Part shown: positions 36,949-48,699 of the stretch, piece after piece
Numbering within the stretch: the first letter of the stretch is position 1
Layout of the letters: the number at the start of each line of letters is the position of its first letter
DNA from: Mobula hypostoma
Taxonomy: Eukaryota
Reading direction: 5' to 3'
Length of the DNA: 64,000 nucleotides
Assembly: GCF_963921235.1 (NCBI RefSeq)
Contig: NC_086101.1
Coordinates: forward strand, 2,296,001-2,360,000
Made by a program: the position numbers and the translations under genes
The notes under the pieces: model-generated
Told to the model about the DNA's origin: nothing
What the model saw: only the letters and a program-made list of their open reading frames with translations
Database searches by the model: none

Positions 36949-38321
36949 AGGCTGATTTATACTTGTGCGTCAAAAGGCAGGAGAAGATGGCGGTGTGACG
37001 CAGCTCGCAGCGGCCACTCCGGTGGTGATTTCTGTTATCTGTCAAGTAGGGTGCCGTGCACAATCCTGATTTGATGGAGACAGACGTGAGAGTGCGGAGG
37101 AACATTTGGTGAAACTTCTGAAATGCCTGTTTCACTGCTGCTGCTACTGTGCGATCCAGAATCTCCGGAGGGGAAGGCCCCGAGTCCTCGGCTTTGCTTG
37201 TTGCTCGGCGGCCGGGATGGGGTCGAAGCGCTCGACAGAGGATAGCTCTCGGTGCTCAGTGTCGGAGGACTGGTCGGAGGCTCAAACACTCAGAGTCGGG
37301 TGCTTCCAATGCAACAGCAAGTTTGCGGCGCTTGGAGGTTCATGGCAGGGAGAGTTTCTCCCTTTTACGGTCTGCGTGAGATGATGGGGCTATAGAGACT
37401 TTGAGACTTTTTTTTACCATGCCCATGGTCTGCTCTTTATCAGATTACGGTATTGCTTTGCACTGTTGTAACTATATGTTGTAATGATGTGGTTTTGTCA
37501 GTTAGTCTTGGTTTGTCCTGTGTTTCTGTGATATCTTTCTGGAGGAACATTGTATCATTTTTAATGCATGTATTTCTAAATGACAATAAACGAGGACTGA
37601 GTGTCCTCATAATCCAAAAAAAATCTAAATGTATGCTGCTGGTACAGTGTAGCCGCGTACCCTACGCTGTACTCTTTGCCAACCCTACGCCATATGCCTA
37701 ACGCTCACCTCTCCCAAAATATGCGTCACGGCGACACAGACCGAACAACTGTGATGGGTCCGCTTGGTAGCATCGTATTTCCTCCTGCGCTGCTATAGCT
37801 TCCCATTGGGCGACTGAAGGGCAGGGAAGGAACTCTGGCTGAAATGCTTTCCATAAAGCTTTACAGACCTCCGAAATTATGGAGGATCCTGTGCTTGACG
37901 CCAGTTTGTAGCTAGCTGCTACAGCCTGTTGACTTCCACCTGAAGCTAAAACTCGAATGGTGATTGCCAGTCTCTGAGTATACTGTGTGTACACTGATGC
38001 GAAGTAAATGGTTGGAGATGATGAACCAAATCGTCAAATCTACCTGCCGACATCCGAAAATGTTTGAAATGCATTTCCTCGTCCATGTCTCTCAGTGGCC
38101 GGACAAGCACAGAAAATTCACCCTCCTTCAGTTTGCAGTTTGAGTTTCTTCGTGTTGAGTTTCAACACAGTGGCATAGAAACCCCACCGCCAACTAGCGT
38201 TTTGGTGGTGAATTGCAAAGTGACGCAGACACACCAACGCACAAGTATAAATGCTCACAACAGTGTAGCCCACTTGCGTAGGCTGCCACGTAAGTTAGTA
38301 CACACAAGTATAAATCAGCCT
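36949..38321 (-). mobile_element. PIF/Harbinger transposon, internally deleted
   Basis: TIRs AGGCTGATTTATACTTGTG / CACAAGTATAAATCAGCCT flanked by 3-bp TCA duplication; remnant [15 protein letters not shown]...[11 protein letters not shown] resembles the HARBI1-family transposase HTH region. Confidence 0.9.
36972..37630 (+). mobile_element. ~650-bp SINE-like non-autonomous retroelement nested in the Harbinger
   Basis: GC-rich 5' end (AAGATGGCGG...), 3' end AATAAACGAGGACTGAG...TAATCCAAAAAAAA; second 3' copy at 7086-7190. Confidence 0.65.
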
Positions 38322-38639
38322 TCAGGGTACAGTCAGAACATGCCCTGGGAGACGTTCACAGTCACAACACCATCTGAGGGACGTTCACAGTCAGGGTACA
38401 GTCTGAACAACACCTGGGAGACGTTCACAGTCAGATTACAGTCAGAACATCTCCTGGGAGATGCTCACAGTTAGAAACCCCCCTGGAGATGACTATAATC
38501 AGGGTACATTTAACACCCCCGCCCCACCGGGAGGGCCTGTCAGCCTCAGTGGTCTTGTGAGGGAGGGTGGGGGCACTTCCGGATACGGTTACCCCACAGG
38601 TTTTACATGGGACGCAAGAGGATGTTGAAGGAGTGTTAC

Positions 38640-38694
38640 CCCTCTATGTCCGGGATCCGTCCTCTGTCCCTGGGGTCTGGGTGGGGTCTTCAGC
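38640..38694 (-). CDS. RNF5: RNF5 coding exon 4, 55 nt (absent from the ORF track)
   Basis: ccacag|G CTG AAG ACC...AGA GGG|gtaaca; (R)LKTPPRPQGQRTDPGHRG; phases fit both neighbours. Confidence 0.93.
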
Positions 38695-38924
38695 CTGTGG
38701 AGGAGAGAAGGCGTTTATCCAGTGGTTCCCATTCCAAAATCCCAGACCCTACGGATCCTCGGAGTGAGTGGGATTCTCTTCTGTGCCATTGGCCAGCTCC
38801 CTCACTTCAGGGACAAGAGGCAGGGAGTGGGGGTTGGTGATCCGTAAGCACCCCTCACCCCGGCAACCAGGTCTACCACAGCTGGGAGCTGTGCCCACAG
38901 CAGACAGCCCTCAGCCTCTGGTAA

Positions 38925-39372
38925 AAAAATACAACAGCAGACCAAGGCCCTTCAGCCCACAATGTGTTGTCCCTAACCTCCTCTCAGATCAATCTAACCC
39001 TCCCCCCTCCTCCACAGCCCTCCATTTTCCATCGTCCATGTGCCACGAGTCTCTGTGTCCCGTCTCTACCACCACTGATGGCAGGATGCTCCCCACACCC
39101 ACAACTCTCTGTGGGAACAACTTACCCCTGACATCTCCTCTGTACCTACTCCCCAGCACCTTAAACCTGTGTCCTCTTGTGGCAACCATTTCAGCCCTGG
39201 GGAAAAAGCCTCTGACTATCCACACGATCAATGCCTCTCATCATCTTATACACCTCTACCAGGTCACCTCTCATCCTCCATCGCTCCAAGGAGAAAAGGC
39301 CAAATTCAATCAACCTGTTCTCATAAGGCATGCTCCCCAATCCAGGCAACATCCTTGTAAATCTCCTCTGCA
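38925..39372 (-). mobile_element. CR1 3' fragment
   Basis: QRRFTRMLPGL...FSLERWRMRGDL peptide. Confidence 0.85.
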
Positions 39373-39375
39373 CAC

Positions 39376-39835
39376 TGTAGTTATAATGCGAACTACAGTT
39401 ATCCTGTAGTTAGAACGTGCACTGCAGACATCCCGCAGTTATAATGCGCACTGCAGTTATCTTGTAGTTATGTTAACCATCGATATCCCGTAGTTATAAT
39501 GCGCACTGCAGTTATCTTGTAGTTATGTTAACCATCGATATCCCGTAGTTACAATGCGCACTGCAGTTATCCTGTAATTATGTTAACTGCAGTTATCCTG
39601 TAGTTATAATGTGAACTGCAGTTATCCTGTAGTTATAATGCAAACAGCAGTTACCCTGTAGTTATAATGCAAACAGCAGTTACCCTGTAGTTATAATGTG
39701 AACTGCAGTTATCCTGTAGTTATAATGCAAACAGCAGTTACCCTGTAGTTATAATGCAAACAGCAGTTACCCTGTAGTTATAAAGTGAACTGCAGTTATC
39801 CTGTAGTTATAATGCAAACAGCAGTTATCCTGACA
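39376..39835. repeat. AT-rich ~29-bp tandem repeat (TAGTTATAATGCAAACAGCAGTTACCCTG)
   Basis: Directly visible. Confidence 0.92.
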
Positions 39836-39995
39836 CCACTGAGGACAACTCTTCTTCCCAAACATACAGCATGAGCCAATTATCGTTCCAGGGCCACACT
39901 TTCTGGCCACTGCTCACATCTCTACCTTGCAGCCGGAAGGTTCTCCCATCAGTCACTCACACCTCCCCCTCCCCCTCATGGTAACTCACTCCTAC

Positions 39996-40108
39996 CTGGG
40001 GTCCTCTTGACTGTTGCCCCCGCGCCCGTACAACGGGATGACTTTCTCCGCGCTGATGCCCGCTTTGCAGACGGGACACTCCTGTCGATCAGGTCTCGTC
40101 TCCAACCA
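39996..40108 (-). CDS. RNF5: RNF5 coding exon 3, 113 nt (RING C-terminal half)
   Basis: cccag|TGG...CCCAG|gtagga; [37 protein letters not shown]. Confidence 0.96.
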
Positions 40109-40639
40109 CTGGGGGGGGAGGCAGAGGGGATAGGGCTTAGAAACTGTGGCAGAGTCAACGTGACAGGCTGCAGTTGGGCAGAGGGTCATGGAAGTGGACA
40201 GAGGTTAAGGTAGGGGTCAGTGATGAGCATGTCATGGAGACGGTCAAACGTTAGGGGTCACAGGATTAAAGGCCTTGGGTTTGGGGAGAGAGGAAGGGGG
40301 TCGGGCACAGAGTTTGAGGTAGGGGTTAAAGTTGGGGCAGATCCTTCTGCCTGCACACTACACCCACAACTCACCCCACCTGATTCTCCCTTGCATGTCT
40401 CAGGTCAGCCCACATCTCACTGGCCAATTCCCCTCCTACCGACACACACAAGCCACACAATACTGGCTTGCAGACTAGCTCCAGAAGGGAAAACAACCCC
40501 TCCCCAGTCTGGTCATCCCAACAGCTCTCATCTCTCCTGTCCCCAGCTCCATCCTCGTCTGTCACCCAGAAACCTCACCTTCACTCCAAACTCCTCAACA
40601 ATCTCACCCCCACCCAGTCATTCCTCTCACTACTCCCTG

Positions 40640-41310
40640 CTCCCGAGGGTCTCACAACCCACCCGTCCCCCGTCTCTCCATCATTCCCCTCCACCTACCC
40701 ATCTCCCATCTCTCCGTCATTCCCCCCCCCGAGGGTCTCACAACCCACCCGTCCCCCGTCTCTCCGTCATTTCCCTCCCCCCCGAGGGTCTCACAACCCA
40801 CCTGTCCCCCGTCTCTTCGTCATTCCCCTCCACCCACCCATCCCCCATCTCTCCGTCATTCCCCACCCCCCCCGAGGGTCTCACAACCCACCCGTCCCCC
40901 GTCTCTCCGTCATTTCCCTCCCCCCCCCGAGGGTCTCACAACCCACCTGTCCCCCGTCTCTTCGTCATTCCCCACCCCCCGACACTCATCCCGATCTCTC
41001 CGTCATTCCCCTCCACCCACCCATCCCCTGTCTCTCTGTCATTACCCCCCCGAGGGTCTCACAACTCCACTCGTCCCCGTCTCTCCGTCATTCCCCTCCC
41101 CCCCGAGGGTCTCACAACCCCACCCGTCCCCCGTCTCTCCGTCATTCCCCACCCCCCGACACTCATCCCGATCTCTCCGTCATTCTCCTCCCCCACTACT
41201 GCTAAGGGTCTCACCCCTCACCTGTCTCCTCCCCTGTCTCTCTGTCATTCCCCTCCACCCCCCAAAGGATCTCACCAGCCCCACCCATCCCATCTCACCA
41301 TCATTCCCCT
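40640..41310. repeat. C-rich minisatellite (CGAGGGTCTCACAACCCACCCGTCCCCCGTCTCTCCGTCATTCCC)
   Basis: Directly visible. Confidence 0.9.
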
Positions 41311-41433
41311 CCCCAAACCACCACCCCCCGAGCAGGACAAGGGGGGAGATGGCGGGCGCGGGTGGGAGAGAGGGGGGCGAGGGGGGTACAGAGCGGGCGA
41401 GGGGAGCGGGCAATACTCCAGACATGGGCTTAC

Positions 41434-41452
41434 CTGGTGGAGACAGGGCCAG
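41434..41452 (-). CDS. RNF5: RNF5 coding exon 2, 19-nt microexon
   Basis: taccag|CTGGCCCTGTCTCCACCAG|gtaagc; completes (C)WPCLHQ of the RING domain in the correct phase. Confidence 0.93.
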
Positions 41453-41579
41453 CTGGTACATCGAGCAGGGCATGGGGGTGAGAGAAAAAACAGGTGGACA
41501 GAGTTAATGTCAGGCAGCAAGATTGTGCAGAGACAAGCCCCCAACTCCGACATATACACTCCTCCCCGACGGCCCAAAT

Positions 41580-41656
41580 CTCTCTCTCTCTCACACACAC
41601 ACACACATTCACTCCTCTCCGACGGCCCAAATCTCTCTCTCTCTCTCTCTCTCTCA

Positions 41657-41700
<44 letters not shown>
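41580..41700. repeat. (CT)n(CA)n compound microsatellites
   Basis: Directly visible. Confidence 0.9.
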
Positions 41701-41702
<2 letters not shown>

Positions 41703-42189
41703 CCGCACCACATGGTGACCCTGATCCTCTGGGCGTACTCTCCCCACTGTGTATTGATCCCTGACCCCTGGGGTACACACACCCCCAAGCCCACAACAGT
41801 CAGTGATATTCCCCCCCCCCACCCACAGTCAGTGACGACAGAGGGAGAGGAAGAGAGAATTAATCTCAGGAAGCAGCCCCTCACCCAGCTGCTCTCTGGC
41901 ACCACCAGTCACTGACAGTCCCACCCCACCCCAGCAACAGACCCAGACGGCTTTGGGAGTGACAGCCACCAAACCCGTCTTCAGATTCCTTTACTCCTCA
42001 GCCGCCCACACCCAACAGGGACCTCTCCCCTTGATGGTGCATCTCAAGCCCTGGCATATTCCTCGTAAACCCCCTCTCTCCCACACTAATGCAGGCTCCC
42101 AAGTCATCCCCAGGGATCACAGATGCAGAGATCCACTGGGGCACCTCGGCATGGGTCCAGACACACTCTGTCCCCCTCCCTGTACAGTG

Positions 42190-42800
42190 GAGACTGCTTC
42201 CTTATAGCCGGGGGTGGTCGTGGGCACAAGCTCCCACTACCTGTTCAATGCTGCCAATGACATGTGTCTCAACTAGCCTCTGACAATCAAGTCCAGCTCC
42301 AGGCCTTTACACTTGGCTCAGGTATTAAACACGGTGGAACAATTTCTACCGACAGGAGAAGGTGCAAAGGCGGGTTCCTGATGCCTTAAAACCAGTCACC
42401 GGGCGGATGGGCTCCTCAGTCATGGTTGGCAGCTGCATCCAGAGGGAAAACTCCAATCTCAGATCTCCGCTGCCTTGCGGTTAACCTGAGGAAAATTCTG
42501 GAGCTGGAGTCCCTAAGGCAGTCGTACGTTGTTCAACGCTGACTGGCAACCCCTGCAACGCCACTGGTGCCAAACTGTTTGGCCTCTGCCGTTCCTTTGG
42601 GTTGATCAGCTGTGGGGAGAGGGGAAGCCTGCTGCGTGAGCAACAGCCTGCCCCCCACATCGTACTATCCTGACGTGCACACCGACAGCCGGTGCTGCCC
42701 CATCAACACCGAGAACTGGGAAGCAATTCCCATGACTGACCCCAACCGGGAGGGCGTCGTGGGCAGGCAATGAACGTGCACACCTACATGGCGACGCCAG
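42190..42800 (+). mobile_element. Probable interspersed repeat (RTE-like 5' region or SINE), degenerate
   Basis: Resembles a repeat recalled from batoid genomes (AAGTCCAGCTCC...GACAGGAGAAGG.GCAAAGGCGGGTT); no coding support. Confidence 0.35.
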
Positions 42801-43254
42801 TGGGCAGGACTGGAAAATGCTACACCCTCTCTCCCCACCCCTGACACGTCTTCCTCTCAGCGAGGAGGTACACAAGCCTGAAGATGCTCACTCAATGTTT
42901 CCAGAACAGCTCCTTCCCCTCCACCATCAGATGTGTGAACCTGTGAGCACAGTGGCTCTATTCTGCCCTCTTCTTGTGCCAGTCTGATGCATTCTTATCA
43001 TAATTTACAGTAATAAATGGTGGTTTTGTGTGTGACACACGCTTAACAGGTAAAAGCCATTCAGTCTGCTCGCCCCGAGACAGGAAGGATGCGTAGGCTC
43101 TGGGGAGGGTGCAGAGGAGGTCTACCAGGATGCTGACTGCATCAGAGAACCCGTGCTATCATGAGTAGCTGGACAAACTTTGGTTTGCTCTGGAGCGCCA
43201 GTGGCTGAGGGGAGATCTGAGAGAGGTTTATGTGATTATGAGAGGCACAGATAG

Positions 43255-46200
43255 TATAGACCATAAGATATAGGAGCACAAGTAGGCCATTCGGCCCATC
43301 GAGTCTGCTATGCCATTCAATCATGGGCTGATCCAATTCTTCCAGTCATCCCCATTGTCCTGCCTTTCCCCCAAACGCTTTAATGTCCTGGCTAATCAAG
43401 AACCTATCTATCTCTGCCTTAAATGCACCCAATGACTTAGCTTCCACAGCCACTCGTGACAACAAATTCCACAGATTTACCAGATTCAGTCCTCCCACTA
43501 ACGTAATTTCTCTGCATCGTCGTGCCCGCTTGTCCTAGACTCCCCTACCATGGGAAGTAACCTTGCCATATCTAATCTGTTCAGGCCTTTTATCATTCAG
43601 AATGTTTCTATGAGATTCCCCCCTCATTCTCCTGAACTCCAGGGAATACAGCCCAAGAGCTACCAGACGTTCCTCATACGGTAACCCTTTCATTCCAGGA
43701 ATCATTCTCGTGAATCTTCTTTGAATCCTCTCCAATGTCAGTATATACTTTCTAAAATAAGGAGCCCAAAACTGCACAAAATACTCCAAGTGTGGTCTCA
43801 CGAGCCTTATAGAGCCTCAACATCACATCCCTGCTCTTATATTCTATATCTCTAGAAATGAATGCCAACATTGCATTTGCCTTCTTCACCACCAACTCAA
43901 CCTGGAGGTTAACCTTTAGGGCTCCCAAGTCCCTTTGCATCTCTGCATTTTGAATTCTCACCCCATCTAAATAATAGTCTGCCCATTTATTTCTTCTACC
44001 TAAGTGCATGACCATACACTTTCCAACATTTACCACTTCTTTGCCCATTCCCCTAAACTATCTAAGTCTCTCTGCAGGCTCTCTGTTTCCTCAACACTAC
44101 CTGCTCCTCCACCTATCTGTGTATCATCAGCAAATTTAGCCACAAACCTATTAACACTATAGTCCAAATCACTGACATACATCGTAATAAGCAGCAGTCC
44201 CAACACTGACCCCTGTGGAACTCCACTGGTAACTGGCAGCCAGCCAGAATAGGATCCCTTTATTCCCACTCTCTGTTTTCTGGCGATCAGCCAATGCTCC
44301 ACCCAGGCTAGTAACTTCCCTGTAATTCCATGGGCTCTTATCTTGCTAAGCAGCCTCATGTGCGGCACCTTGTCAAAATCCAAGTATACCACAACTATTG
44401 CATCTTGTAATTTCCTCAAAAAATTGCAGGAAGTTAATCAGGCAGGATTTTCCTTTCAGGAAGCCAGGCTGGCTTTGGCCTATCTTGTCATGTGCCTCCA
44501 GGTACTCCGTAATCTCATCCCTAACAATCGATTCCAACAACTTCCTAACCACTGATGTCAGGCTAACAGGTCTATAGTTTCCTTTCTGCTGACTCCCACC
44601 CTTCTTAAATAGCGGAGTAACATTTTCCAGTCATCTGGTACAATGTCAGAATCTGCCCATTCTTGAAAGATCATTGTTAATGCCTCCGCAATCTCTCTAA
44701 CTATTTGCTTCAGAACCTAAGGGTGCAACAGGTCCAGGAGATTTATCCACCCTCAGATAATTAAGCTCCCTGAGCACCTTCTCAGTCGTAATTTTCACTG
44801 CACAAACTTCACTTCCCTGACACTCTTGAATGTCCGGTGTACTGCAAATGTCTTCCACTGTGAAGACTGATGCAAAATACACATTCAGTTCCTCTGCCAT
44901 CTCTGCATCTCTCATTAGAATATCTTAAGCATCATTTTGTATTAGTCCTATATCTATCCTCGACTCTCTTTTACCCTTTATATACTTAAAAAAGCTTTTA
45001 GTACCTTCTTTGATATCAGTCACCATCTTCCTCTCATAATTCACCTTTTCCTTCCTAATGAGCCTCTTAGTCACCTTCTGCAAGTTTTTAAAAGATTCCC
45101 AATCCTTTATCTTCCCACTAGCTCTGGCTTCCTTGAATGCCCTCTCTTTTGCTTTTACGTTGGCTCTGACTTCACTTGTCAGCCACGGTTGTGTCCTTCT
45201 TCCATTTGAAAATTGCTTCTTATTTGGAATATATCTGTCTTGCACTTCCCTCACTTTTCGCATAAACTCCAGCTATTGTTGTTCTGCTGTCCTTTCTGCT
45301 AGTGTCCCTTCCCAGTCAACCTTAGCCAGTTCCCCACTCATGCTCCCTCACCTCCACCCCTCTGACTCTCAATACAGGAGACTCTCAGGGCTGCGTACTG
45401 AGTCCCCTCCTTTACTCCCTGTATACCCAAGACTGTATCACCTTCCACAGCTCCAATTTGCTAATTAAATTTGCTGACAACACTACATTGATTGCCCTCA
45501 TCTCAAACAATAATGAGGTGGCCTACAGGGGAGAAGTCATCTCTCTGACACAGCGGTGTCAAGAAAACAACCTCTCCCTCAATGTCACAAAAACAAAGGA
45601 GCTGGTTGTAGATTACAGGAGGAATGGAGATGGGCTAATCCCTATTGACATCAATGGCTCTGGGGTTGAGAGGGTAAACAGCTTTAAGTTCCTCAGCATC
45701 CACATCACCGAGGACCTCACGTGGTCTGTACACACCAGCTGTGTGGTGAAAAAGGCACAACAGTGCTTCTTTCACCTCAGACAATTGAGGAAGTTTGGTA
45801 CGGGCCCCCAAATCCTGAGAACTTTCTACAGGGGCACAACTGAGAGCATCCTGACTGGCTGCATCACTGCCTAGTATAGGAACTGTACCTCCCTCAATCA
45901 CAGGTCTCTGCAGAGAGTGGTGCTGACAGCCTAGCACATCTGTAGATGTGAACTTCCCACTATCCAGGGCATCTAGAAAGACAGGTGTGTAAAAAAGGGT
46001 CCGCAGGATCACTGGGGACCCGAGTCACCCCAACCACAAACTGTTCCAGCTGCTACCATCCGGGAAGCGGTACCGCAGCATAAAAGCCAGGACCATCAGG
46101 CTCCGGGACAGATTCTTCCACCAGGCCATCAGACTGATGAACTCACGCTGATTTGAGTGTACTCTGTATTACACTGACTGTTCTATTGATTATAAATTAT

Positions 46201-46440
46201 TATAAATTACTATGATTGCACAATGCACATTTAGTTGGATACGTAATGTAAAGATTTTTACTCCTCATGTACGCGAAGGGTGTAAGAAATAAAGTCAATT
46301 CAAATCAATTCAAAATACCGGCACATCGGAATTTAATTTCTCCTTCTCAAATTTCAAAGTGAACTGAATCATATTGTGAACACTATTCCCTGAGGGTTCC
46401 TTAACCTTCAGCTCTCCCGATCAATGCACAACACCCAATC
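43255..46440 (-). mobile_element. Degenerate CR1 LINE ORF2 with nested Rex1/Babar element
   Basis: [32 protein letters not shown] peptides; (CTTATGG) tail at 43260. Confidence 0.9.
45345..46312 (+). mobile_element. Rex1/Babar-type LINE 3' portion
   Basis: IKFADNTT...NLSLNVTKTKELVVDYRR...ESILTGCIT; tail AATAAAGTCAATTCAAATCAATTC. Confidence 0.9.
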
Positions 46441-46611
46441 TCAAGGAAGTCATGGAGGGATTGTCCACTCAGTCTGTGTGGGTGGAAGTTCGGAACAGGA
46501 AAGGGTCAATTACTTTTCTGGCTGTGCTTTATAGACACCCCAATAGCAACAGGGACATCCAGGAGCAGATAGGGAGACAGATTCTGGAAAGATGCAATAA
46601 TAACAGGTTTG

Positions 46612-47580
46612 ACATAGAAACATAGAAAACATTCAGCACAATACAGACCCTTTGGCCCACAAAGCTGTGCCGAACATGTCCTTACCTTAGAACTACCTCG
46701 GCTTACCCATAGCCCTCTATTTCTCTAAGCTCCATGTATCCATCCAGGAGACTCTTACAAGACCCTATCGTTTCCACCTCTACCACCGCCAGCAGAAGCC
46801 CATTCCATGCACTCACCACTCCCTGCGTAAAAAACTTACCCCTGATATCTCCTCTGTACCTACTTCAAAGCACCTTAAAACCCTGCCCTCTCATGCTAGC
46901 CATTTCAGCCCTGGGAAAAAGCCTCTGACTATCCATACGATCAATGCCTCTCATTATCTTGTACACCTCTGTCAGGTCACCTCCCATCCTCCATCGCTCC
47001 AAGGAGAAACGGCCGAGTTCACAGAACACAACACAAGACATGCTCCCCAATCCAGGCAACATCCTTGTAAATCTTCTCTGCACCCTTTCTATGGTTTCCC
47101 ATCCTTCCTGTAGTGAGACGACCAGAACTGTGGGGTCTGACCAGGGTCCTATAGAGCTGCAACATTACCTCTCGGCTCCTAAATTCAATTCCACGATTGA
47201 TGAAGGCCAATGCACCGTATGCCTTCTTAATCGCAGAGTCAACCTGCACAGCAGCTTTGAGCGTCCTATGGACTCAAACCCCAAGATCCCTCTGATCCTC
47301 CACACTGCCAAGAGTCTTACCATTAATACTATATTCTGCCATCATATTTGACCTACTAAAATGAACCACTTCACACTTATCTGGGTTGAACTCCACCTGC
47401 CACTTCTCAGCCCAATTTTGCATCCTATCCATGTCCCACTGTAATCTCTTGACAGCCCTCCACACTATCCACAACACCTTCAACCTTTGTGTCATCAGCA
47501 AACTTACTAACCCATCCCTCCACTTCCTCATCCAGGTCATTTATAAACATCTGAGAACAGATCCCTGAGGCTCACCACTG
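46612..47580 (-). mobile_element. 5'-truncated CR1
   Basis: WAEKWQVEFNPDKC peptide; ACATAGAAACATAGAAAA tail. Confidence 0.9.
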
Positions 47581-47790
47581 GTCACCAATATGACCCAGAA
47601 TATTGCTAATCATATTATGCTAATCACACTGGATCGCTGATCCAATCTTCTTCTCAGCTCCAATCTTTTGCTTTATCCCATATGCCCTAACCAAACCAGA
47701 ATCTATCAAACTTTGCCTTAAATATACATAAAGATTTGCCCTCCAAAGCTGCTTGTGATAAAGAATTCCACAGATTCACCACTCTCTTAA

Positions 47791-48680
47791 TGAGGAATTA
47801 TATGCAGAATTAGAAGGGCGAGAACCTAACTGACTTATTGGCAGCTTGACAAGTCGTGCTGTGAGAATAATGTCTGAACAAAGTGTTTGTTCCAGGAGAA
47901 GCTTCTCAGTCTACTCTTATCTAAATATGATAACAATGCATATCAACAGCTCCAAACAGTATCCTGGGCTCACTTGGCTGCAGATTTTCTCAGGCAGTGA
48001 GCGGAGACTCTGTGTTGCCAAGGGGGACGCAAGCTTGCTAATAAACAGTATGTACCTCTAAGTAAACTGTGTTTGACAGTTATTCCCTGGATTTGAACCT
48101 AAAGGCCTCTGGTACAGAGGCAGATCGACGTCTTGGCGCTGTGAGCAGGGTCCCAATATAGAAACATAGAAAACCTACAGCACAGTACAGGCCCTTCGGC
48201 CCACAAAGCTGTGCCAAACATGTCCTTACCTTAGAACTACCTAGGCTTACCCATAGCCCTCTATTTTTCTATCCACATGATCAATGCCTCTCATCATCTT
48301 ATACACCTCTAATACGTGGCAGACCCCTCGCCAAAATTGAATAAGTGGACGGACGGACCATTGGGGTGAATCAGAGACGAACGGACCCACAAGGTAAGCT
48401 TTAACCCTGGTTCCTCTCTGCTCTCTGACGACTGTTTGTTCCCTCATTTTGGTGGGGAAAATCCACTGACGGGGCCCAAAGGGAATAGTAAATTCAAGAC
48501 AGGCAGTTTGAGTCCCCCAGAATAGTAAATTCAAGATAGGCGGTTCAAGTTCAAGATGGGTGCGTGCTTAGGCAAAGGGGGGGGGGAGTAGTCCGTTACA
48601 GAAAATGATAGAGAAATATTAAGACAATGAAAAGAAACTGAGACAAATGTCTAAACTTCTAGGAAAAGACAACTGACCTG
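47791..48680 (+). mobile_element. Endogenous retrovirus 5' remnant: LTR, PBS, leader and decayed gag start
   Basis: TG start 47791; AATAAA 48040; PBS TGGCGCTGTGAGCAGGGT 48134-48151; AG|GTAAG 48392; ATG GGT (MGACLGK) at 48556. Confidence 0.65.
48158..48310 (-). mobile_element. Short CR1 tail inserted in the ERV leader
   Basis: ATAGAAACATAGAAAACCTACAGCAC... same tail family as 55862 and 56910. Confidence 0.85.
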
Positions 48681-48699
48681 CCTCTGTGGCTGTCAGTAC

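Larger units (their letters stand above)
34295..38500. repeat. 29-bp minisatellite (CAGTCAGAACATCACCCGGGAGACGTTCA, plus 11-bp CAGTCAGGGTA variants) split by Tc1 and Harbinger insertions
   Basis: Array segments at 34295-35056, 36653-36948 and 38322-38500. Confidence 0.92.

Noticed and set aside
42200..42300. HDV-like ribozyme at a putative RTE 5' end
   Set aside because: Could not assemble the nested double pseudoknot by eye; needs a descriptor search
48134..48151. tRNA gene
   Set aside because: Only an 18-nt complement including the CCA end; no cloverleaf, so interpreted as a PBS
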